Shown here: positions 15,811-34,270 of the stretch, in pieces
How positions within the stretch are numbered: the stretch's first letter is position 1
Layout: every line of letters begins with the position of its first letter
NCBI RefSeq assembly: GCF_009914755.1
Contig: NC_060935.1
Direction: 5' to 3' (one strand)
DNA from: the human T2T-CHM13v2.0 reference genome, Homo sapiens
DNA: 64,000 nt
Position numbers and translations under genes: made by a program
Notes under the pieces: generated by a model
Seen by the model: only the letters and a program-made list of their open reading frames with translations
What the model was told of the DNA's origin: nothing
The model's database searches: none

Positions 15811-16226
15811 TGCAGTAAAATTCCTTACAGGCAAAGAGCATATTCATTATTATTTGTTTCAATTCTATTAACTCTAAAAATTAATATGCGTAACATTATT
15901 TTTTCCTAGAAATTATCAATATTTTTCTAATTAATCTTAAGAATTTATAAAACAATCAATATGAGAGAAACTATGAGTTTACAGGGGGGAAAATCAACTA
16001 ATTGACCAGAGACAAAGGGTACAAAAAATACAGAATCCCAGGGCAAATTATTACATAATATTTAAATAATTAACTTTACACTAATAAAACATATACACAA
16101 ATAAATTTGTTGCATATTTGGGGATTTGAAATACTAAAAATAAGTACCACTAGTATTATGTTGCATTGTTGTCATATTTGTCATTAATAAGTAATTCATG
16201 TTGTACTTACAAAGGCACAAACTTCA

Positions 16227-16589
<363 letters not shown>

Positions 16590-16883
16590 AGAGATTAATG
16601 TTAATGAAGTTTGAGGTACCTTCTTCCTAAATAATCAGAAAATAAATTATAATTACATTTCCATATTAGATTTTGGAGATTTATGTACAAATTAACTGGT
16701 TTTTATTTTAATCTTCTAAAACATGTTATTCAAAATAATTATAAAAGGTAATAAGAACAAAATTCAGAGAAGAAAATTCAAAAATAAAATTATAAATCAG
16801 CAAAGTAAGATGAGAAAGAAGATTAAAAAGTGAATGAAATACATATAGGACTTATATTCTATTGTCATGAAACTAATAATTCT

Positions 16884-19800
16884 TTTTATTTTTTTCAACT
16901 TTTACGTTCATGGGTACATATGCAGGTTTGTTACATGGGTAAATTTTGTGTCACTGGGGATTGGTGTATGAATGATCCTATCACCCAGATAGTGAGCATA
17001 GCTCCAAATAGTTTTTCAACTCTACTGCCCTCCTATCCTTCTCCCAGTGCCTATTGTTCTCACCTTTATGTTATTAAATATTTAGTGTTTACATCCCACT
17101 TATAAGTGAGAACATGCAGTATTTGGTTTTCTGATCCTGCATTAATTGGCTCCATCCACGTTGCTGCAAAGGACAGAGCTTTGTTCCTTTCCATGACTGT
17201 GTAGTATTCCATGGTGTATATGTACCACATTTTCTTTATCCAATCCACCACTGATGAGCATTTAAGTTGATTCCATATCTTCACCATTGTAAATAGTGCT
17301 GTGATTAACATATGAGTATATGTGTGTCTTTGGTAGAACAATTTATCTCTGAGCATATACACAGTAATGGCATTGCTGGATCAAATGGCAATTCTGTTTT
17401 AAGTTCTTTGAGAGGTCTCCAAACTGCTTTCCCCAAGGATTGAACAAATTTGCATTCTCACCATTGTATAAGTGTTCCCTTATTTCTAGAACCTTGCCAA
17501 CATGTATTATTTTTTGACTTTTTAATAATAGACTTTCTGACCTGTATGAGATGATATCTCATTTTGGTTTTGATTTGCATTTCTCTGATCATTAGTGATA
17601 TTGAGCATTTTTTCATATATTTGTTAGCCACATGTATGTCTTCTAAGGGGAAGTGTCTGTTCATGTCCTTTGCCAATTTTGTAATGAATTTATCTGATTT
17701 TTGCTTATTAAATTGTTTAAGTTTCTTATGGATTCTGAATATTAGACCTTTGTCAGATGCATTTTTTGCTAATATTTTCCCCCATTTCATAGGTTGTCTA
17801 TTTACTTTGTTGATAGTTTCTTTTGCTATGCAGAAGTTTTTTAGTTAAGTCTAACATGTCAATTTTTATGTTTGTTGCAATTGCTTCTGGGGACTTAGTC
17901 TTAAATTCTTTGCCAAGGCTGATGTCCAGAATGGTATTTATTAGATTTTCTTCTAGGATTTTTATAGTTTTAGGTCTTACATTTAGCCTTTATTTCATCT
18001 TGAGTTAATTTTTTTGTATGGTGAAAGATAGGGGTCTAGTATTATTTTTCTATATATGGCTGGCCTGTTATTACAGCACCATTTATTGAATAGGGAGTTC
18101 TCTCCTCATTGCTTGTTTTTGTTGATTTTGTTGAAGGTCATATGGCTGTAGGTGTGCAGCTTTATTTCTGGGTTCTCTATCCTGTTGCATTGGTTTATGT
18201 GTCTACTCTTCTACCAGTACCATGCTCTTTTGGTTACTATAGCTTTGTAGTATAGTTTGAAGTCAGGTAATGTGATGACTTCAGCTTTATTCTTTTTGCT
18301 TAGAATTGCTATGGCTGTTTCAGTTCCTTTTTGGTTCCATATCAATTTCAGATTTTTTTTTTTGGTAATTCTGTGAAAAAAGTCATTGGTAGTTTGATAG
18401 AAATATCATTGAATTTGTAAATTGCTTTGGGCAGTATGGCCATTTTAACAATATTAATTATTTCTATCCATGAGCACATAATATTTTTCCATGAGTTTTT
18501 GTCATCTCTGATTTCTTTCAGGCGTGTTTCATAATTCTCATTGTAGAGTTCTTTCACCTCCTTGGTTATCTGTATTTTTAGGAATTTTATTCTTTCTGTG
18601 GCTATTGCAAATGGTATTGGGTTCTTGATTTGGCTTTAAGCTTGAACATTACTGGTGTGTAAAATGCTACTAATTTTTGCCCAACGATTTTGTATCCTGA
18701 AATTTACTGAAGTTTATTAGAATCTAGGAGCCTTTTGGCACAGTCTCTAGGGTATTCTAAGTTTAGAATCATATAATCCATAGAGACAGATAACTTGACT
18801 TTCTCTCTTTCTATTTGGATGGTTTTTCTTTCTTCCTCTTGCCTGATTGCTCTGGCTAGGACTTCCAGTACTATGTTGAATACGAGTGGTGAGAAGAGAC
18901 ATCTTTGCCTTGTTCAAGTTCTTAATGGAAATGTTCTACATTTTCCCATTCAGCATGATGTCAGCTATGGGTTTGCCATAGGTGGCTCTTGTTATTTTGA
19001 GGTGTGTTCTTTCAACATCTAATTATTTGTTTAGGGTCTTTAACATACAGGGATGTGGAATTTTATTGAAAGCCCTATCATCACTTATTGAGATGATCAC
19101 CTGATTTTGTTTTTAATTTTGTTTAAGTGGTTAATCACATTTAGTGGTTTGTATCTGTTGAAGCAACCTTGCATTCCAAGAATACAGCCTACTTGATCAT
19201 TATGTATTAACTTTTTGATGTGCTGCTGGATTTGGTTGCTAATATTTTTGTGGAGGATTATTGGGTCTATATTCATTAGAGATATTGGACTAAAGTTTTC
19301 TTTTAATGTGTGTGTATGTGTTTGTCTGCCAGGAGCTGATATCAGAATCATGCTGGTTTTGTAAAATGAGTTAGGGCTGAGTCCTACTTTTCTGATTTTT
19401 TGGAAAAATTTCATTTGGATTGGTACCAGTTCTTCTTTGTATGTTTGGTAGAATTTGGCTGTGAATCTATGTGGCCAAGGGCTTTTTGTTGTTGTTGTTG
19501 TTGGTAGGTTTCTTATTACAGATTCAATTTTCTAACTCTTTATTGGCCTACTCATGGTTTGCACTTCTTCCTGATTCAATATCAGAAGTTGTATTCTGGG
19601 AATTTGTCCATTTCTTCTAGGTTTTCTAGTTTGTGTTCACGGAGGTGTTTGTAATATTCTCTGAGGATTTTTTTGTATTGCTCTAGGGTCAGTTTTACAT
19701 CACTTTTGTGATTTTTCTTTTGTGCTTATTTGCATCTTCTCTTTTTTCTTTGTTAATCTAGCTAGTGATCTATCATGTTTATTCTTTTGAAGAACCAACT

Positions 19801-20057
19801 TTGGATTTCTGTAATCTTTTGTATAGATTTTTGCATCTCAATTTCATTCAGTCTTGCTCTAATTTTAGTTATTTTTTTTTCTTCTGCTAGCTCTGGTGTT
19901 GGTTTCATTTCTTTAGTTCCTATAGGTGAGTGTTAGGTTGTTAATTTGAGACCTTTCTAACTTCTTGATGTAGGTGTTTTGTGCTACTAACTTTCCTCTT
20001 AACTATGCTTCAGCTAAGTCCCAAAGATTCTGGTATGTTGTGTCTCTGTTTTCATTA
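16884..20057 (-). mobile_element. 5'-truncated LINE-1 (L1PA15/16-like)
   Basis: ORF2 fragments in the ORF track; old-PA-type 3' end; perfect 15-bp TSD gaaactaataattct at 16869-16883 and 20058-20072. Confidence 0.93.
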
Positions 20058-20806
20058 GAAACTAATAATTCTGAAAGTCAAATAGAACAGAATATACATG
20101 ACAAAATTCAAATTAGTCACAGAGAACAATTAGTCACAGGGAATCAGAATGAAGAATACAAACAGTAAAACATACTAAAAAATCTAATAAATATGGAGAA
20201 GCAAGAAAACCTAACAAATGTTTTGGGAAAAAAAGCTTTAAAAACAGAATAGAAAAAAATCAGAAACTAAAAATATTAATGACTTTTATAATGCAGAAAT
20301 AATTGAATGTACTTTTCAATAGGAAAGTTGGAGAACGGGGTGCTAATCTGAACTATATGTGAAACCATGTTCTTGATTTTGTTGAACTTCTTCAATCATC
20401 CATAAAAATTAAGAAACGTAACCTTTTGTGTTTAAGTTAACTCAGGAAAGACAGCTTCCATGCCTCTGTCCTGGAGAGATGGAAACATTTTTAAGATAAA
20501 TTGTTGCATCTGATACTTTCATAATATCCAAAATTGAAACTAAACAACTACCTGTAATATGTAAACCTAATTTTCTGTTTCTTTTAGAAAAAAGAAGGAT
20601 TATGAGGCCACAAATATTTTGACTGATAGAAAATTAATTTGTAATCATTAGGTCAAAAATGCATCTAGAAGATAAAATGTCATTGAAATATTAAATTTAA
20701 CACATGTTTATAAGAAATCTGAAAAATATACAGATGTAGTTTAAAAACTTAATTCCATCTTAACATTTATAGCAGTTACTCTTCATGCCTATAAACAGAC
20801 TGTTTA

Positions 20807-21181
<375 letters not shown>

Positions 21182-22444
21182 CTATTTTGTTTTATGTTTG
21201 TATGATTTCATATAGGATTCTATTAAATCATTTTTAATAAAAATAAAATATAAAAAATTCTATAAAATAAATCCATTACACTGAAATGTCTAATACTTAA
21301 ATGTTTATCTGTCCCCAAATTATTGAACACATTTTTCAAATATTTAATGCAAGAAAGCCCCCTAAAACACTTAAGTATAAAAGCAGCAAAAGACCACAGC
21401 AAGAATAATTTAGATTATCTTCATGTATCATAAACTTGGGTTTGCGTATGAACACCAGGAGCTATAGACCATAGTAAGTCTTATTATAGATAATATAGTC
21501 AACTCAACCATGTGTATGATGCTTGGTTATGCAGCAAATATACTGAGCTCTTTAAAACTACAGATAGCCATTAACAGTTTTCTGACATAATCCTTTGGCT
21601 GAAATGCCAAGTAGCTGCTTTATATAAGTGTAAATTAAATGACTATCCACTCTAGGTTGGATACTCCAAGGAGAAAGGATGCAACGGTTTTATCATCCTT
21701 CTTTATAAACATTGTTTCACCATTGGTATCTGTTGTGCAATCATTTATTCCATTAATGATTCCACACGTTTTCATCAGAGCCAATTGGATGAATAACTAC
21801 TGTTTAAACAAGGTCATTCTCCCATTACTGAGAGTCTTAGCCTCATTAATGATAATAGGAGGGAGGGCTGCTGGCCCTGCATCAGCATGAAATAGGCTTA
21901 GTGGGAAACATTCAAAGATCAAGAATAAAATTATAGCTCTTTAAAAGTTATTATTAAAGAATTCATTCTCTCTAGGAGGCAAAAGTCAAAGCAATTAATT
22001 GGCTGATTTGGGGGGGATATAAAAATATACAGATTCACTGGACGTTACCACATTCAAAGGTTCAAAATGAATAGCAAGGCTCTTTTATTTTTATTGCCAT
22101 CTCTGTGATAAAGGCAAAAGAGGAAATTCTTTTTTTTCCTCCATCTCCCAACCCTATTTATGTTTTTGCTTTTTAATTCAATGTCATATATTTTGAGCCT
22201 TAAGATACTAGTAAACTCCTGTGAGCTTTGTTTCTGGCCTGAGGCTCTTCTATGTAAGTGTTGTTTTTATTTTTAAGTCTAGATGTGAATTGAGCAGACA
22301 CAGATGGGGGTTAATGGATTGTGAGTCCTCATTGTGTGAAAGGAAAAGCTTCTTTTAATAAGGTGCCTATTAAACATTTGCCAGTTGCTGCATTTTTATG
22401 ATAATTTAATCTGGCTGAATGTTAATTTTACCTTAGAAGTTTAA

Positions 22445-22600
22445 AGCATTGATTCTCAAACAAATATACTGGGATCACCTGGTGTGCTTGTTAATAATCT
22501 ATACTTATAGGCCTCAAACTTTAATTTTGAATTACTAGGACATGGACCAGAAATCTAAAATCTAAAATCTATTCAGTGAAGAACTACATTTTAAGAAACA
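22445..22600. mobile_element. MER5A-like hAT-Charlie relic
   Basis: 'gattctcaaac...gatcacctgg...gcttgttaa...agaaatct' pattern. Confidence 0.45.
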
Positions 22601-22962
22601 AGGGTATAAACTTGTAGTTGTTAATCTTTCATTACATAGACTGAAACAAATAATGACTAATAGATTTAAGAGCCAATTTTATTACCATTCTGTTTTTCCT
22701 CATTTCTCCAAAATATCTTTTTAAAAATATTTATTATTTTTATTTTATTTTTGTATCAAAATATTACATGCATGCCATACATATGTACCACTATTATGTA
22801 TCCATAAACATAAATATAAAACATTTTTTCTGATGACATATTTGACAACAAAAGACAGGTATTACTAAACTTAGCTAGTTTTTCCTAGGAAGCAATCAGT
22901 GTTTATGACAATCACCAAGTTTTAATAAACTTGTGAGTAACAGTTATGAAAGAAATGATTAA

Positions 22963-23303
<341 letters not shown>

Positions 23304-23459
23304 CAATCTTTGTTTTTTAATATAAGAAGTGAATTTGAGTTTCTGATTATCTAGATATTCATTTACCTTTCCTATTTTATGCATACATGGATAGCTTATT
23401 CTTGTACATTTGAATAATGACTAGTAATTTCTGATAATTAGAAAAGTTTTAGGCCAGCT

Positions 23460-23660
23460 CGTAATACCAGCCCTATCATTTACCAGCTGTGTAATAGTCT
23501 ATATGTGAAGTTACTTTTCTAACTAGCAATTCTTTTAAATGAAATGAAGCTGATTATATGCTTTGTTATAATATTGCTGTCAGTATAACTGAGATATTGT
23601 ATGTAAAGCATTTTACACTGTTAAGGGCATATGGAAAATAAACAACTAGAATTAATATCA
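23460..23660 (+). mobile_element. MIR relic
   Basis: 'catttaccagctgtgt...tgagatattgtatgtaaagcattt'. Confidence 0.55.
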
Positions 23661-25818
23661 TTGTCATTTTCCTAATTATCATTATGAAATATAATTTCAT
23701 GATTATAATGAGTATTGTTTATAATACACATTACTTTAAAAAACTCTTAGCATATTTCTCTTTTTATAATGAGCTGACATTGGCTTCTATTTTACTGAAT
23801 GATCTATCTTTGACAGAAAGAGTATGTGACCTGCTTTTAGGTACAGACAAATAAAGGAATGGTAAATTAATGCGTAAGTCAATGACATTCTTACATGATA
23901 GTTAAGTAAATTCAAGACAAAAACTATTTTGTAGTGTTAGGGTTGTCTTTATAGTAAATTTGAAAATGACTGTGAAAACAAGGAAGTCTATATTTGTACT
24001 AATTAAGATGGAGCATGATAGAGGCACAGCAGGAATGTCAGAGAATATGATTCACAGAGCAATAAAATGCTGTTTGGTGGAATGTTCTCTTCCTGTTACA
24101 ATGGTACCTGTTAAGATCACACAGCTCGGAGGATGTCAGAATGTGTAGCCAAAAAGCACAGCTTGCCTTAGAGTGATATTTGCAGCAATTTGAAAAGAAA
24201 ATTAAAAGTGAAGTAGAAATTACTGAAAACGAGAGGATTCAACATATTCATATTGGGAAAGATTAAAAACAAAAAGAATAACACTGAAAAGTCCATTAAC
24301 TAGAAGTGGGATATTCTATTCGTCAACACAAATTAAAGTAAAAACATAATCAATTTAAGAGATGTTCATGTTAAAACTTGCCTTTTCGATTTTCTTTCTA
24401 GATCTTCTGGCTAATACAAGCACTCAGATATATCCATGAAATTTCTGGCTTTCTCTCTCTTTTCTAATATCATTAGGAACACATGAACTTCTACATATTC
24501 AATGTGCTACAATCAACTGCAGTTACTGTTTTTAGATATCTTAGCCAGTTAGAAACCTAACAATGTATTATTGATTCATTGTATACCCTAAACAGAAAAT
24601 TTAGCAGTTTCTCCAAGGAGGCCTGGTTACTTCTCTTGGAACAAAGTATCTTTAAGTGTTAGACAATAACAGCAGTTTTGCAAAGAGCAATTAAAAGAGC
24701 CAATATCATGAAGAAGGAGTCTGTCACTGAGTAGTTAATCCTAGGGCCGTGTTAAGTCTCCTGAGAACAGCTATCTGCTCTTTTCTCCTATTCCAGAGAC
24801 ACAGCAGCATTTTAAGTGAGAGATATGACTGGACAAGAGGTTCTCAGAGACTAATGCCCAAAAAATATCTCCTAGAGAGGATCTTGAACATTTTAAGCCT
24901 GTACGTCTGGGTAGGGGTCTGATAATTAAAACTTCAAGTGCCCTCAGGTGCCAAGTTGACATACTGAGAAAAATATTCAGGAATATGTTTTGTATGTTGG
25001 TAATATCCAGGCAGCTCATACCCTAACAGACTCTGTTCTTCTGTCTCTTCTCAAGCCTATTAAGGTCACAATTCTTCATGGTCCATTCCCTGTATCTCCT
25101 CATGAATGCTGGCTATCACAGTTTCTGACAGCCATCTGCCCTCATTTTACCATCTATTCTAGATAATCTAAGCTCCAAGAATCCCAGAGTGTTTATTTAT
25201 AAATGTTACATTTGAGGGCCATGGGAATATGTGAGAGATGGGGTTGGGAAGAGTGTTGGTAAATAAAAAGAAAGAGGAGAGTCGTTAAATGTTTTGAGTA
25301 CTAATTTTCCAGAAAATGTGTTAAGATTTATACATAGTTTAAACCTAAGTGCAAATCTTCGGAGATTGTCCCTATGATTAATTATATTTATAATAACATT
25401 AATATTTTGTGTTAATTACACAATAATTAATTATTGTGTCTACTGTATTATACATTATATAATATATAATGTTATATAATATATTATAGTGCAGTATATT
25501 TATCTCATATTTTATAATATGCTAAAAATAAATATTTGAGGCTTAGATTGATGAAGTAATTTTTATAGGATACCAACCTAAGATGTGAAGAACAGAGATT
25601 TGAAAGCAGTGTAGTCTGATCCCAGAATGATCTTATAAAAAGTACAAGAATCTGAAGAGAATTCATGAAGAAAAAAAAAAAAGAAGAAGAAATGAAATGC
25701 TACCTGATTCTAAGGAGACAGATTTTAGTCCCTACAACAGAAAAATTGGTTTGACTACAGCATAGAGGATAAAATTGAAAAAGTATTACGGCAAAAAAGA
25801 CTGTGGCTTAAACATTAA

Positions 25819-26134
<316 letters not shown>

Positions 26135-26439
26135 TAAAATAATAAATTTTTAATCCTTATACCTACGAATGTGGTGCCGGACATCTAAACTACTAATATT
26201 CTTTTAATATTTTACCTATACTCTACTTATGTATTTTGTAATTCGTTGCAGCCCTACCAAAACCTTTACAACCAGGTGTCGTTCATGCTGTGTGAAGGAA
26301 TTTTACTTTTGTACAAAAGAAAACATCAGGCAAACACAAAGCATATCCAACTGCTGCTAAGTTCCTTCGATGAAGCCAGATAATTCTAACACTAGTGTGG
26401 GAATGCTTTATAATCTAGCTCAGAAGCATAAAAAGTAGA

Positions 26440-26757
26440 GGACTGGGGCGGTGGCTCACATCTGTAATCCCAGCACTTTGGGAAGCCCAGAGGGGTGGAT
26501 CACCTGATGTCAGGAGTTAGAGACCAGCCTGGCCAACATGGCAAAACCCTGTCTCTACTGAAAATACAAAAATTAGCCAGGCGTGGTGGCACGCACCTGT
26601 AATCCAAGCTACTCAGGAGGCTGAGGCAGGAGAATCGCTTGAACCCAGTAGGTTGGGGTTGCAGTGAGCCAAGATCACGTCACTGCATTCCATCCTGGGC
26701 AACACAGTGAGACTCTGTCTCAAAAATAAATAAATAAAAAAAATAAAGAAAGAAGAA
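26440..26757 (+). mobile_element. AluS (Sx/Sz-like)
   Basis: Dimer, (AAAT)/(GAA) tail; TSD core agaagcata at 26422-26430 and 26757-26765. Confidence 0.93.
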
Positions 26758-27560
26758 GAAGCATAGTATAGAAAATACTTTCAGAACTTCCCTCTCAATT
26801 TTCTGCCAAATCCGGAACCCAGGAAGCCCGGCCTTAATAAGCATTACTTGATGTATTCCTCTTTTTCAAAGCCAGCTATTTTCAACTCAGTAAAACACAA
26901 GGCAGAAGATGTTTGCATACAATAAGTGATTTCTTTAATTGAATCTTTTGTTTTCTAACTATATTGAAGTTTAATTTTACATAAAATGAATTATTAACAT
27001 TAACCAACTTAAGTTTTACAAAATTTATTTGGATTTTTTCTGGATTCTCTAGCAACCAAGGTTAAACATTATTAAATTATTCTTTCTATCCTACCCATAT
27101 TGTATCATATTATTTAGTTGTGCAATGCAATTGTTGTTGGAAACTGAGAACCAATTGAAGACAGTGATAGTCAACTGAATTGTTTACCTTTTTTCTAATC
27201 AAGGTCTGTTGGTTAAGTAAGATAATGATTCTTTGTGTCTGATGAAAGACATAATATAAACAAAATTAAAAGTAAGACAAAGAGTTTGAATATTGTAAGT
27301 GCTATTATATTAAAATGTCAATAAATGGAATTACAATCTAAATATAAAACTCTTTCCTTATGAAGACTGCTACTGATGATATTAAGTCAAACTACTACTA
27401 ATAGAAACATAATAGCACAGTAGAGATGATAATAAAATATAACGAGTGCAGCTTCAGTTACAATTTCTCACCATAGACTGAGCATGCCAGGATCTCATTC
27501 ATACTCATTGTATAAAACAGGCTTTTTACAAGACAATATATTTGCTCTGTTCTCCTTTTC

Positions 27561-30370
<2,810 letters not shown>

Positions 30371-30759
30371 CTATGACTGTATGATACTACTAATCTCATG
30401 TGCATATTCCACTTTTCCTTCACAAATAACTCACCACTTTTTTTTCTCAAGTAACTCCACAACTCTACTAATTTGTAGAGTTTCCTTAAATTAAAAAAGA
30501 TTTACTGTTAACACATACTTAGAAAACACCTGTGACTTAATTCACTAAAGTATAGCTTTATTATTAAGGTCAACTTGTAAATATTAGTAAAGAATTTAGT
30601 TTCCTTTGAAACTTTCTCAGGCAAATGAAAGCCGTATACAAACGTATGACATTTTTTCAGAGATTTTTTTCAGGCATTCATATTTCAGTGCCTATCTCCT
30701 GCTGAGATGTCTCCCCATAAAGTTATCATTTTCATGGTCCCAAACACTTCTTATCTTTA

Positions 30760-31357
30760 AAAAATATTGTGGGTACATAGTAGGTATATATTTACTGTGT
30801 ACATGAGATATTTTGACACAGGCATACAGTGTGAAATAATCACATCATGGAGAATAGGGTATCCATCCCCTCAAGCATTTATCCTTTGTGATACAAATAA
30901 TCCAAATACTCTTTTTTAGTTATTTTAAAATGTACAATTAAATTATTATTGACTATAGTCATCCTGTTGTTCTATCAAATAGTAGGTCTTATTCGTTCTT
31001 TAAATTACTTTTTTGTACCCATTAACAATCCCCATGTTTTCCTCAGTCCCCGACTACCCTTCTCAGCCTCTGGTAACCATCTTTCTACTCTCTATGTCCA
31101 TGAATTCAATTGTTTTGATTTTTAGGTCTCACAGATAAGTGAGAAGATGCAATGTTAGTCCTTCTATGCCTGGCTTATTTCACTTAACATAGTGATCTCC
31201 AGTTCCATCCATGTTGTTGCAGATGACAGGATCTCATTCTTTTTTATGACTGAATAGTACTCCATTGTGTATATGTACAACATTTTCTTTATCCATTCAA
31301 CTGTTGATGGATGCATAGGTTTCTTCCAAATCTTGGCTATTATGAATAATACTGCAG
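30760..31357 (-). mobile_element. L1MA (MA1-MA3-like) 3' end fragment
   Basis: 'tgtgggtacatagtaggtatatattta...gtatccatcccctcaagcatttatcc' L1MA terminus; ORF2 C-terminal peptide in ORF 31164-31424. Confidence 0.85.
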
Positions 31358-34270
31358 TATTCTTGATAGACATAGATGCAAAAATCCTGAATAAAATATT
31401 AGCAAATTGAATACAGTAGCACATGAAAAAGCAAATCCATCATGATCATCAAGGCTTTATCACTGAAATGCGAGGTTGGTTCAACATATGCAAATCTGTA
31501 AATGTGATTTATCACGTAAACAGAAATCAAAAATTCTACTATGAAGACACGTGCACATGTATGTTTATTGCAGCACTATTTACAACAGCAAAGACTTGGA
31601 ACAAACCCAAATGCCCATCAATGATAGACTGGATAAAGAAATTGTGTTACATATACACCATGGAATACTAGGCAGCCATAAAAAAGGATGAGTTCATGTC
31701 CTTTGCAGGGAGATGGATGAAGTTGGAAACCATCATTCTTGGCAAACTAACACAGGAACAGAAAACCAAACACCACATGTTCTCACTCCAAGTGGGAATT
31801 GAACAGTAAGAACACATGGATACAGGGAGATGAACATCACACACCAGGACCACAGGGAGTGGGGAACAAAGGGAGGGATAGCATTAGGACAAATATATAA
31901 TGCATGTGGGACTTAAAACCTAGATGACAGATTGATGAGTGCAGCAAACCACTATGGCACATGTATACCTATCTAACGAACTTACACATTCTACACTTGT
32001 ATCCCAGAACTTAAAGTATAATAATAATAATAATATAAAACCCCACGTGATAATCTCAATAGATGTGGAAAAGGCTTTTGATATAATTTAACATCCCTTT
32101 ATGTTAAAAACCTTTGACAAATTAGGCATCAAAGGAACATACATCAAAATAATAAGAGCAATGTATGACAAACCCACATCCAAAATTATACTGAATGAGG
32201 AAAAGCTGGAAGCATTTCCCTTTGGGAATTGAAACAAGAAAAGGAGGCCCACTCTTACCGTTCCTAATCAACATAGTACTGGATGTACTAGCCAGAGCAA
32301 TCAGGCAAGAGAAAGAAATAAAAAGCATCCAATAGAAAAACAGGAAGTCAAATTATCTCTGTTTGCAGATATGATGATTTTATACCTATTAAACCCCATA
32401 GTCTCTGCCCAAAAGCTCCTATATCTGATAAAGAAATTCAGCAAACTTTCAGGATACAAAATCAATGTACAAAAGCCAGTAGCATTTCTACATACCAATA
32501 ACACCCAAACTGAGATCCAAATAAAAAATGCAATCCCATACACACACACAAAATACCAAGGGACACAGCTAACCAGGGAGGTAAAAGTTCTCAATGAGAA
32601 TTAGAAAATGCTGCTGAAAGAAATCAGAGATGACACAAATGAGAAAACATTCCATTCTCATGGATAGGAAGAATCAACATAGTTAAAATGGCCATACTGC
32701 CCAAAGCAATTGCAGATTCAATGCTATTCCTATCAAACTACCTATGACATTTTATAGACAATTAGAAAATACTATGCTAAAATTCATATGGAACCAAAAA
32801 ACGCCCAAATAGACAAAGCAACCCCAAGCAAAAAGAACAAAATTGAAGGCATCACATTACCGGACTTCAAACTATACTGCAAGGCTACTGTAAACAAAGC
32901 AGCATGGTACTGGTACAAAAACAGACACAAACACAAATGGAATGGAATAGAGAGCCCAGAAATAATGCTATACACCTACTCACACAATCTGATTTTCAAC
33001 AAAGTTGACAAAAACAAGCAATGGGGAAAGAACTCCTTATTCAATTTATGGTGCTGGGATAACTGGGTAGCCATATGCTGAAGATTTAAGCTGGACCCTT
33101 TCCTTATACCATACACAAAATAACTCAAGATGGATTAAAGACTTAAATGTAAAATATAAAACTATGAAAACCCTGGAAGATAACCTAGGAAAACCTATTC
33201 TGGACATAGGCCCTGGCAAAGATTTTTCATGATGAAGATGTCAAAAATAATTGCAACAAAAATAAAAATTGACCAATGAGATCTAATTAAGCTAAAGATC
33301 TTCTGTACAGCAAAAGAAACTTTCGAAAGAGCAAACAGACAACTTACAGAATGGGAGAGGATATTTGCAAACTCTGCATCCAACAAAGGATGTAATATAT
33401 AAAAAATCTGTAAGGAACTTAAACCACAAGCAACAAACAAACAACCCTATTAGAAAGTGGACAAAGGACCTGAAAGACACTTTTCAAAAAAGATAAACAC
33501 ACTGCCAACAAGCATATGAAAAAATGGTCAACATCACTAATACTTAAAGAAATGCAAATCATAACCACAATGAGATAATATCTCACATTAGGTTACAATG
33601 GCTAATATTAAACATTCAAATAATAAAAGATGCTGGCAAGGCTGTAGAGAAAAGGTAATGCTTATACACTTTTGATGGGAATGCAAATTAGTTCAGCCAC
33701 TGTGGAAAGCAATTGGGTGATTTCTCAAAGAACTTAAAACAGGACTATCATTCTAACCAGCAATCTCATTATTAGATGTACACCCAAAGGAGTATAAATC
33801 ATTGTACCATAAAGACACGTACATGTATATGTTCACTGATGCATTATTCACAATAGCAAAGACACGTAATCAACCTAAATGACCATCAACATTAGACTGG
33901 ATTAAAAAAATGTGGTACATATGCACCATGGAATACTATACAGCCATAAAAAAGAGCAAGACCATGTTCTTTGCAGCAACATGGATGGAGCTGGAGGCCA
34001 TTATCCTAAGTGAACTAACTTAAGAACAGAAAACCAAATACCACCTGTTGTCACTTGTAAGTGGAAGCTGAACACATACAAACATGGAGCAGGGAACAGT
34101 AGACATCAGTGCCTATTTCAGGGTGGAGGTTGAGAGGAGGGTGAGGACTGTAGAAGTATTTATTAGATACTATGCTTATTACCTGGGTAATTAAATAATC
34201 TGTACACTTAACCCCTGCAACACTCATCTATATAACAAACTGGAGATGTACCCCTGATAAAAGTTAAAAA
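31358..34270 (+). mobile_element. 5'-truncated LINE-1 (L1PA15/16- or L1PB-like)
   Basis: Sense ORF2 from 'atagatgcaaaaatcctgaataaaata' to the 3' end 'atgtacccctgataaaagttaaaaa'; ORF fragments 32371-32604 and 32788-33081. Confidence 0.9.
31533..32035 (+). mobile_element. Nested L1PA7/8-like 3' fragment (~500 bp)
   Basis: Host ORF2 is interrupted between 'aaacagaaatcaaaa' and 'aaaaccccacgtgataatctcaatagatg'; insert ends 'atcccagaacttaaagtataataataat'. Confidence 0.88.

Noticed and set aside
21639-21890. 83-aa ATG-initiated ORF in unique DNA
   Set aside because: No recognisable homology or splice context; the region is better explained as non-coding regulatory sequence
30760-34270. Twin-priming 5' inversion of a single L1
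   Set aside because: The two oppositely oriented parts each have their own 3' end from different subfamilies
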